Below, in pieces: positions 43,370-64,000 of a stretch of DNA of 64,000 nucleotides; position 1 is the first letter of the stretch; each line of letters starts with the position of its first letter. The translations under genes were made by a program, and so were the position numbers. Under the pieces are notes generated by a model that was not told where the DNA came from, did no database searches, and saw only the letters and a list, made by a program, of their open reading frames with translations. The stretch covers positions 496,001-560,000 of the forward strand of contig NC_134028.1 of NCBI RefSeq assembly GCF_964204645.1, in the 5' to 3' direction. Source of the DNA: Tubulanus polymorphus (taxonomy: Eukaryota; Animalia; Nemertea).

Positions 43370-44400
43370 TTTGATATCGGAATTTAATGTGAACTTGTGT
43401 ATGGATTGTCTGTTCGTAGGCTGGAACCTTTTCGGGCGTTTTTAGTGAAGTTTCACGGGTTTGAGTCACCAGTTAATATCGGAGTGACAAACAGAATGGC
43501 TGACCACAGGTCAATAGTGACGACTCGATGCAAGGTTCCAAAACCTAGTGGCTCGACTAATTATCACCAGATACCGAACTGATTAATGATAAATATTATT
43601 CCTTCTTCGAAAAGGAATATTTTCATGCCTAGCACTTCATTGCGAAGGGTATATCTGATAAACTGTATTTAGTTATATCTAATTTACTATCTTAAAATCA
43701 TTCGAATAGTTATTCAAAAGATCCAATACCAAAGGGTGGCTCCGGAAACAAGATCCACCCATTTAACCCCTGGCCTCACACATGCCACTCTAGTAAAATT
43801 ATCATTGGATTAATTCTTTTATTTTTAGAGAGATTGATAAATGGATATCCCTCGAATTACAATCAACTCATTTTGGGCACCTATCTATTAACAGTTTGCG
43901 ATCAATAAACAATTGCGTCTAATATATTTAATTGAATTGCATTTGTCTAAGATTGAGATGACATGGTACATTTTGTGAAGAACTAAAAACCTAAAAGAAT
44001 AAAAAAAATAGGAGGGCGAAATAATAGGAATTAAGGCTCGAAAAAGAGTCTCAACTCGTCAAGTGATGAATGCCTTAAAGCCAAACAAAAAAGAGACAGG
44101 AGGTTTAGTTTGGTGAGATAGAAGGTATTACTATTATTGTAATGTAAGAACTGCCGGCCACTGGTCAATCTGTCACTGTCAGTCAGAGTCAGTACTGACT
44201 GAGTCACCGACACCGTATTGTCAAAATAAACTAAAATAAATGAACAACAACTGTCAGTGTGAGTAGTGACACAAGCTGTCACATAAGCTGTCAAACAATC
44301 TGTCAAAGGACTCTCATCAGAAGATGAGATGAGAGATAGATATTAGGGTAGGGGGAAGAGATCCTTCACTTGGCGGTAAGCCGATTCGATCCGATGATGT
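43370..44400. promoter_or_regulatory. Putative bidirectional promoter region between UBE2D and the kelch gene
   Basis: Head-to-head geometry; kelch 5' UTR donor at 44376 (GCG|gtaagc) and acceptor at 44651. Confidence 0.5.
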
Positions 44401-44713
44401 TCATCCGGTTTGAATTGGGATTGCACCAAAACCTTGCCACGGCACAAAGATCATTTAATGATATCTGATTGTTGTCAGTTTAAGGCACATGAAGAGGATA
44501 CAGTCTGATCACCTTCCACACGTACCCCACCGGCACTCTTCTCTACAATGTTTGCTGTTACTGTTCCTTCTTTCCGATTAGGCCTAGTGATTCTGTTTTT
44601 GTCCGATGTAAATTCCTGTTTTTATTCTTGGATCTTCCGCCTCTATTTCAGTTAAATTGAATACGATATCAAGAACATCGAAACTCGAGTTGTCCCGGTG
44701 TCAGAGGCTGTTG

Positions 44714-47700
44714 ATGTTAGAAAACGAAGAAATGGAGGACACTATTGACAGTGCTCCGGAGGCTGAACTGGAGGAATCGAGACCGACTTATAAAAATCCT
44801 TTACATACTGAAAAAGCATTCGATGTTTTGAATGTTTTGAGAAGGTTTGTGAAAGCAGGAATGATTAGATAAGAAAACCTCGTTGAAGCTTTAACGCTGT
44901 AAGTTAAACTAGTTATATATATTTGTTGTGTTTTCAGGCATCATCAGTTATGCGATGTTGTATTAGTCGCTGATAGTGTTGAAATTCCGGCTCATAAAGC
45001 AGTTTTAGCGGCCTGTAGCCCGTATTTTTATGCTATGTTTACCGGTGAACTGACTGAAGCTAAAGCCGATAGAATTGTGCTGCGTGAAATCGATGGTAAA
45101 GCTCTCAGTCTCCTTATTGACTTCGTTTATACATCAGAAGTTCACGTTACTGAAGAGAATGTACAGGTAATTTCATCGTGTTTCCTATTGACTTTATGAT
45201 TCTAGGTCTGTGTTTTTCCTTTTTAGATCGTGTTTAATTCAGCTGTGAGAATATTCTATTCAATTACAGATACTTCTTCCAGCCGCTAATCTCCTACAAT
45301 TGGTTGAAGTTCGAGACGCTTGTTGTGATTTTTTACAATCTCAACTTCACCCTAGTAACTGTTTAGGGATTCGTGCGTTTGCTGATCTTCACGCGTGTAC
45401 AGATCTACTGCAGTATTCACAAACATACGTCGAACAGCATTTCAGGTGATTGATTACTTATTACACATCGGATTATTGTAATTGCGCTCGTAGATTTCTG
45501 ACGTTTCAATTTATGGATTCGTTTCTTTATTGTTTAGCGAAGTAACGGCTCACGAAGAATTTCTCACGAGTCCCGTGTCTCAAGTTTGTAAATTGATTGC
45601 CAGTGATAGATTGAGTGTTACGTCTGAAGAACAGGTTAGTGAGAATCTGCTGCAGCCAAACATAGAATTCAATGAATCTGTTGCCTATATTTATTTTATC
45701 ATCATATTTATTATTGACAGCGAACTGATTATAAGATATGAAAAAAGAACCCTGCCCCTTGCCATTATAGGCTCCGCTGGTTGAACAAATAATTTCAAAA
45801 TATATATATGATAACAAAGTGACAAAGGAAATAGAGGAATTACAAAAAAGCAGCACTCTGCAGAAATCAAAATGTTGCCTATATCCGTGATAAGTAAAGT
45901 GTTATTACAATATTGTAGGTATTTGAGGCGGCATTAAGCTGGATAAACCATGATCTGAACAATAAAGGGCATCATATCGCTGAACTTCTCGAGCATGTCC
46001 GTCTGCCCTTATTGTCGCAAGAATTTCTCGTACAACGCGTCGAAGAAGAACCTCTCGTTAAATCAAACTCTCAATGTAAAGATTTCCTCATTGAAGCTAT
46101 GAAATATCATTTATTGAAAGGCGATCAAAAGTCATTGTATCGAACTCCTAGAACTCAACCGAGGACTCCAGTTGGTTTACCTAAGGTAAGACGAAATTGC
46201 TTGCGCTGTGTCTCCTGACTCCGAGGTTTCATTTTGGAGATTCCATCATTAAAGTCAAAATCAAACTTTCCGCAGTGATGGCCAAGAATAGTCTTTGTTT
46301 GGTCTTACCGGTAATTTGTTAAATCGGCCTAATAACAAAAATAGATGGTCTTAGATATGGATATAAGCTTTGATTCTGGAACTAAAATTGATCTTCAAAA
46401 GGTGTTATTGGTAATTGGTGGTCAAGCGCCGAAAGCTATCAGAAGCGTCGAATGTTATGATTTTAAAGAAGAAAAATGGAAACAAGTCGCTGAAATGCCT
46501 TCGAGGAGATGTCGCTGTGGTATGTTCCTGTATATAATTCTTGCATGACAGAACTGTTATTTCGAGTTTTATGAAAATGTTGATTATTTGTGAAGGTGTT
46601 GCTGTTATGAATGGTTTAGTTTATGCAGTCGGAGGATTTAATGGATCATTAAGAGTTCGTACGGTCGATGTTTATGATTCTAGTAAGGATCATTGGTCAT
46701 CGATTCCCTGTATGGAAGCTAGGAGAAGTACACTGGGAGCAGCGGTTCTTAATGATACGATTTATGCAGTCGGTGGATTCGATGGATCTTCAGGTATCCA
46801 TATCCATTCTATATATAGTAAATGTCCTTTAAAATTCCACTGTTTGGACCAATGGTGTTATAATGAATGCTGTTTCCATTGGATTTGTATTAGATTGAGC
46901 AAATTTGTTCTCTGGAAAATGGCATTAAGTGCAGTGGCATTTGAAAGGATGGTGTTATAACAATACTTTGATTGTAATCGTCGTGAATTGATAAACATTT
47001 AATAAAATAAATCACTGATGATGATGTAGTTTTAACCGTAACCTCGACTATATTATATTATCTGTGTAGGTTTAAACAGTGTTGAGTGTTATAATGCTTT
47101 AATCGGTGAATGGAAAATGGTAGCTTCAATGAGTACAAGGCGAAGTAGTGTCGGAGTTGGAGTGGTTGGAGGTACGAGGTGTTTGTCTCTTGTTATGTTT
47201 ATATTTCTCTATTTACTGAGTTATCAACTCTGTGAGCTTTGTCAATATTTTTCATACAAGTTTGAATATGTTTGCAGGTTTTCTATATGCTGTTGGAGGT
47301 TATGACGGTCAATCGAGACATTGTCTGAGTACTGTAGAGTGCTATAATCCAGAGACTGATACCTGGACGGCAGTTGCAGAAATGTCTTGTCGTCGCAGCG
47401 GAGCTGGTATGTTCTTTCTCAACTTATTGTTACGGGGCAGCAACTCGAGGCTCAGTTGCTATTCTAAATCTTTAGTATATTGAATCGCCGACTCCGGGCT
47501 CGGTCACGCAAACATAGCTATAATCTAAAACAAGACTAACCTGTTAGTTCCAGCTGATTAAGGCTCGATACAAGGTGAATATTTGTAATTTGTAGGAGTT
47601 GGTGTTTTGAATGGTATGCTGTATGCAGTCGGTGGCCACGATGGTCCTCTAGTCAGAAACAGCGTCGAGGTTTATAATCCTGAAACGAACTCATGGTCTA

Positions 47701-47985
47701 AAGTAGCGAATATGCATTTGTGTCGACGGAATGCTGGTAAGTATTATTTGAGGCTTCCAGCTATGCAGCAACGCTTTAGAGACATCTCACTCTTTACCGT
47801 TTAATACTTCAGGTGTCGTAACGCAAGAAACTCATCTGTACGTTGTCGGCGGCGATGACGGTTCATCGAATTTATCATCGGTCGAAGTTTACGATCCGAA
47901 GAAAGATGAATGGACAATGTTACCGCATACAATGATGACTGGACGAAGTTACGCAGGTGTCGCAATCATTGATAAGTGTTTGTGA
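44714..47985 (+). CDS. KLHL2: BTB-BACK-Kelch protein, KLHL2/KLHL3 (Drosophila kelch) orthologue-like, 11 coding exons
   Basis: Exons 44714-44844, 44938-45166, 45270-45445, 45538-45634, 45919-46185, 46402-46519, 46596-46793, 47070-47171, 47278-47406, 47596-47736, 47813-47985. [17 protein letters not shown] (BTB); [24 protein letters not shown]; six kelch repeats ([34 protein letters not shown]). Confidence 0.96.
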
Positions 47986-48019
47986 CAAATAACAAAAACT
48001 CAAGCAAATTTAGTCTAAC

Positions 48020-48883
48020 GAACTCAACTAAACACATGTAACTAGAAGTGAACTCAACCTAACACGCGTTACTAGAAGTGAACTCTACCTAACACGCGTT
48101 ACTAGAAGTGAACTCTACCTAACACGCGTTACTAGAAGTGAACTCTACCTAACACGCGTTACTAGAAGTGAACTCTACCTAACACGCGTTACTAGAAGTG
48201 AACTCAACCTAACACGCGTTACTAGAAGTGAACTCTACCTAACACGCGTTACTAGAAGTGAACTCTACCTAACACGCGTTACTAGAAGTGAACTCAACCT
48301 AACACGCGTTACTAGAAGTGAACTCTACCTAACACGCGTTACTAGAAGGGAACTCTACCTAACACGCGTTACTAGAAGGGAACTCTACCTAACACGCGTT
48401 ACTAGAAGTGAACTCTACCTAACATGCGTTACTAGAAGTGAACTCTACCTAACACGCGTTACTAGAAGGGAACTCTACCTAACACGCGTTACTAGAAGGG
48501 AACTCTACCTAACACGCGTTACTAGAAGTGAACTCTACCTAACACGCGTTACTAGAAGTGAACTCTACCTAACACGCGTTACTAGAAGTGAACTCTACCT
48601 AACACGCGTTACTAGAAGTGAACTCTACCTAACACGCGTTACTAGAAGTGAACTCAACCTAACACGCGTTACTAGAAGGGAACTCTACCTAACACGCGTT
48701 ACTAGAAGGGAACTCTACCTAACACGCGTTACTAGAAGTGAACTCTACCTAACATGCGTTACTAGAAGTGAACTCTACCTAACACGCGTTACTAGAAGGG
48801 AACTCTACCTAACACGTGTTACTAGAAGTGAACTCTACCTAACATGCATTACTAGAAGTGAACTCTACCTAACACGCGTTACT
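48020..48883. repeat. 30-bp minisatellite, ~29 near-identical units, just 3' of the kelch stop
   Basis: Unit aacacgcgttactagaagtgaactctacct. Confidence 0.98.
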
Positions 48884-49631
48884 TGCAGTAACTTCCTGTA
48901 TATATTAGATTCTATGTAATTTGTGTAAATACAGTTGTAAATATATCGTTTAAATTAATTGAGAAATTTTGCCAGATTTAGAGAAAAGCACAGTTACTAG
49001 ATTTATATATGTATATATATATAATAGACTTATTCAAAATAGATTTTTGTTGAAACGCATGTCTATAGATGTTTAATCGAACGAATATAGCAGGCGATTA
49101 ATTTGTGATGTTGGGACCAACGACTATATTTAGTTTTTTTATTCAAACAGCTTTTATAAAGTTTACAGCTGGTTTTAATCGTTTTTAATGTTGTGTTGTT
49201 CATCGGGGTTGGGTTTTTTGTTCTTCACGTTTTCTAGTGTTATGTCGCGTAAACTCTGTTTTTTCAATTTTTTCTTAAAACCTTATTTAGAATAAGAATG
49301 TGGTTAACGACTTCACAATTTACAACGATGACATTTCGGCGAAAAGTTTAATTAATCAATTTACCTAAAAACGTTCTTGTCTCGGTTTATGGCATTTTTG
49401 TGGCATTTCTTTACGGTACAACAATCTGGTTGCATGTTATTGCATTACCGCTGTGCTCTACGATTCATGTTTGTCTTTATTCTAGTTGAACCTATTCAAA
49501 TTTCTGGCTGTACTTGTTTTAGTTTTAAACAGTATTTTACTACAAACTTCCTTCCATTTACAATTGGTGTTATTGGAGAATACATGTTAAGTTTTAAATA
49601 GCGATAAATCATATCGGGTCAGATTCCGGAA

Positions 49632-49675
49632 CCGGTCTCCAGTCCGGTCTCCAGTCCGGTTTCCAGTCCGGTCTC
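49632..49675. repeat. 12-bp tandem repeat (ccggtctccagt) x3.5
   Basis: Direct reading. Confidence 0.8.
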
Positions 49676-49837
49676 TGAACGGTTTACTCGAATTGCTATC
49701 ATTTTGTCATTCAAACACGTCTAGAAATATTTGATAGTTTTTACACCGAAATCATGTAAATAACGTAAATAAATGAATAATATATGATAATAATATATAT
49801 TTTAGTGTTGTTTAGTTTTGTATCGTATTCAGCGCGT

Positions 49838-50460
49838 TCATACAGCGGTAGTAAACACGTGACCACCGACCCGATCATACAGCGGTAGTAAACACGTGAC
49901 CACCGACCCGATCATACAGCGGTAGTAAACACGTGACCACCGACCCGATCATACAGCGGTAGTAAACACGTGACCACCGACCCGATCATACAGCGGTAGT
50001 AAACACGTGACCACCGACCCGATCATACAGCGGTAGTAAACACGTGACCACCGACCCGATCATACAGCGGTAGTAAACACGTGACCACCGACCCGATCAT
50101 ACAGCGGTAGTAAACACGTGACCACCGACCCGATCATACAGCGGTAGTAAACACGTGACCACCCACCCGATCATACAGCGGTAGTAAACACGTGACCACC
50201 GACCCGATCATACAGCGGTAGTAAACACGTGACCACCGACCCGATCATACAGCGGTAGTAAACACGTGACCACCGACCCGATCATACAGCGGTAGTAAAC
50301 ACGTGACCACCGACCCGATCATACAGCGGTAGTAAACACGTGACCACCGACCCGATCATACAGCGGTAGTAAACACGTGACCACCGACCCGATCATACAG
50401 CGGTAGTAAACACGTGACCACCGACCCGATCATACAGCGGTAGTAAACACGTGACCACCG
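49838..50460. repeat. 37-bp minisatellite, ~17 almost identical units (no spacers)
   Basis: Unit tcatacagcggtagtaaacacgtgaccaccgacccga; one substitution seen at ~50164. Confidence 0.98.
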
Positions 50461-51606
50461 TTTTACACATCCACGGTTTAGACGCGCATTGATTAATATT
50501 ATGTGGGGTTTAACGCTATCGAGACCCCAGCGCGCTCTCGGCTCTATTACTCTACGAAATTCATAGTAATTTCGGTTTCAGGGAAAAATGGAAGGCGAGT
50601 CGAGTGATTGAATCTTTGAGTCACGGCATTGATTAAATGAAAACTCGGCATCGATTTTCAGTTTTCCTATATTTCCGCCCGAATCAAATGTAGATTAGTT
50701 CTAAAGTTAATGAAAAGGACGTATTTGGTGGGTATCCAGGGGTTAAAATAGCAAACGAATTGGCCTCATCACGATCCCTTATTCGATTCATCAGATCTCG
50801 TCGTCCATTTGACGATTTATTTGTGACGTTTTTTGTCGCAAAATGCTCACCACCTCGGCAAGTAAACGGGTTCTGGAAGGAATGAAGAATCAATCTTAGG
50901 AAATTCATCGTCGCTCGATGGTTTTTTTGCACTATCCGAAACAAGATTAAGAAATTTACTAAGATTCGTACTCTGATGATGAACACATTGGAAATTCTGG
51001 TTGAATATGTTTACTTTAGATGGAATGTTCTCCAAATGCAGAAAGCTGCTACATGACGAGGCTAGAGCTGATGAAGATGTAATTCACTGGTTAATTTGAC
51101 TATTCAAATTATTTGATTCACATGTTGCGCCCAATAAAATCATTATCACTTCAAATGAGAATATCTCGCCCCAATCTGACGAGTCAAGCGATATAAACTG
51201 TTCTGACAATCGTGTCCTGGTCGACCTCATCCGTGCGACCAGTTGCAACCAGTCGCAAGTCGACCCTTAGCTATTATAAGCCCGCCCTTCAAAGTCACCA
51301 CTACGAAGAATGATTTCGCTGCTGCTAATGCTGCATCAGAACCATCAGGACTTATTGTTACCACGGTAACAGGATTGTGGTGTCCTCTATTATTGATACG
51401 AGTTACTGTTCGGAATGCCATCTCGAATATTGATTTATCCTGTTTCAGTAAGCGCGGAGTGAGCGTCGAGCTGACTCAGTATCCAAACCCGTTGTCTAAT
51501 TCTAATGGTGAACGTGCGAATAAAAAGAAAGGCAACCGAGTGATACCGACACACAAATACGCGCAACGCTACATTCACGAAGTGCCCTCCTCAAAATCCA
51601 GCGAAA

Positions 51607-62142
<10,536 letters not shown>

Positions 62143-63529
62143 GTAAGTAAACAACGAGTGATTATTGATCGTGTATTTAGATACGGAGGTTTAAAGCGTC
62201 GTCGGGAGGATTTTTGGTGCCTTTCGTAGCCGTTTTGCGACATCGATTGTCCTCCTTCCTATAAATAGTCGATTGCGCGCAAAGTCCCCGTTAGATTTGT
62301 CGTCATAGCTACATTTCCGAAATGTAATTGGTTTGCACGAAATATCACTGCGAAGAATATAAAAAGACATTTTAAACGCGCCATTCAGAACCTGTCGCAG
62401 AGTTATTCTATGGCCTCAGTTTAACGATGTTACTGGCAAAACACTTCTAATCGTGTTAAAGAAACCTTGTGAAAAAATTATTGAGAAGCTCCCTTCATCT
62501 GGCCCATAGAATCCTGATAAGCCCTACCCAGAGGTAACTTCGTAAGCCATTTGTGACCTAAACATTTTTGTAATATTATTTGCATTGTGCTGAAACTCTA
62601 TCGCGGAAGACGAAAACGACCAAAACATGGCCATACATCATTCGATAGTAAAAAGTTTATATATTTTGGTAGTTTTCGCCTTCCATACTCTAACCCTAGC
62701 TCGCATTATCCCCGACTCTTCTTTTCAAAGGCTGTTTGTGAAAATAAACGACTGATTTTTACCGGCTTTTGTATTTCAAATGCGGAGGAAATAAATACGG
62801 CGTAACGATAAGAAAAAGAATAAAATCAGACTCGGGTTTTGGTTCCGACGCGCGAACTGTCGAATTCTGTGTAGTTTTATCTCTCGCTTCAATAACGGAA
62901 ACGTGTCGACATTACCCCGGTGTTAAAACCGTGTTTTATTCGTAGCTGGATGATTCTGGTGAATGATAGAGTGCGTAGTGAGTTCTATAGCATGTTATTA
63001 ACAGACCATTGATCTTCATCACTCATATAAATATATATATATATATATACAACACTTTCTAACAGCCACAGAATAATCTACAATAATTCCGAGCTTTGAG
63101 TCTTAAAATCTCATCTCGATATTCTTCAATCTACTTAATGAAGTGATTCGTAAACACCGCTAACAAAAAAACACAGAATAATCAAACCGATTGCAAAATC
63201 CATCTTGATTACGTCAAATTTTCCTCTAACAATCTAACTAAGCGTTGTCGGCAGTTTCCAACCTAAATTATACGTATTTAGTTGTAAACTGGCAGAAATT
63301 ACACGTTATACAACGTCGTATCTCGTCTGCGGCTGCGTCAAGAAGGAATCATATATATATATATATATAGATATCCGTCGCTGTGTACGAACGACATAAT
63401 CTCAGCTATGATCGTAATCACGGCTTGTTCGTTATTGATAAGCTTTTCTGATTTTACGACGTCGGGGAACGACACATGATAACGGCTTATGCTGTTATGG
63501 CAGCAACAAGAACGGATGAGACTCTGTGA

Positions 63530-63960
63530 GACTCAGTGCGGGACTCGGTGCGGGATCGGACCGGCGCGGGACCCGGCGCGGGACTCGGTGCGGGACCGGC
63601 GCGGGACTCGGCGCGGGACTCGGCGCGGGATTCGGCGCGGAACCCGGTGCGGGACCGGCGCGGGACTCGGTGCGGGACTCGGCGAGGAACCCGGTGCGGG
63701 ACCGGCGCGGGACTCGGTGCGGGACCCGGCGCGGGACTCGGTGCGGGACCGGCGCGGGACTCGGTGCGGAACCCGGCGCGGGATCCGGCGCGGGACCGGC
63801 GCGGGACTCGGCGCGGGACTCGGCGCGGGACTCGGTGCGGGACCCGGCGCGGGACTCGGTGCGGGACTCGGCGCGGGACTCGGTGCGGGACTCGGCGCGG
63901 GACTCGGCGCGGGACTCGGCGAGGAACCCGGCGCGGGATCCGGCGCGGGACTCGGCGCGA
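63530..63960. repeat. GC-rich 11-12 bp minisatellite (gg(c/t)gcgggactc), ~36 units
   Basis: Direct reading; explains the four overlapping repeat ORFs. Confidence 0.95.
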
Positions 63961-64000
63961 GTTTCCTCCACAAACCCCCGGAATAGAAGCCGTCTGTAAC

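Noticed and set aside
48032-48883. Open frame (TRVTRSELYL)n as a kelch read-through ORF2
   Set aside because: Different frame from kelch, preceded by TAA at 48029, and no start or acceptor leads into it.
49838-50460. CRISPR-like 37-bp repeats with a hairpin
   Set aside because: Units abut directly with no unique spacers, there are no cas genes, and the context is eukaryotic.
63489-63999. Gly/Ala/Arg/Pro-rich ORFs on both strands
   Set aside because: Stop-free GC-rich minisatellite with mixed 11/12-bp units that shift frame.

Overview
AT-rich eukaryotic (metazoan invertebrate-like, compact GT-AG introns) genomic DNA in two halves. 1-26110 is a non-coding tandem segmental array of an ~11.3-12 kb unit (two near-complete copies plus a partial third). 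Each unit carries tRNA-like/B-box elements, TTAGGG seeds, a ~4 kb inverted-repeat cassette with G-rich tracts, nested MITEs, several VNTRs whose copy number differs between units, a decayed Penelope-type hammerhead motif and a probable spliced non-coding transcript; copy 3 also holds a 5'-truncated LINE. 26111-64000 is gene-dense, and I reconstructed six spliced genes by hand: an SRPBCC/START-like membrane-anchored protein, an SCPEP1-like serine carboxypeptidase with an apparent type II membrane anchor, a trypsin with an N-terminal beta-defensin/clip-like six-Cys module, UBE2D (minus) head-to-head with a KLHL2/3 (kelch) gene, and an FSTL4/5-like gene that runs off the window. No CRISPR array, rRNA or convincing intact tRNA was found. 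All family assignments rest on recognised motifs, not database searches.
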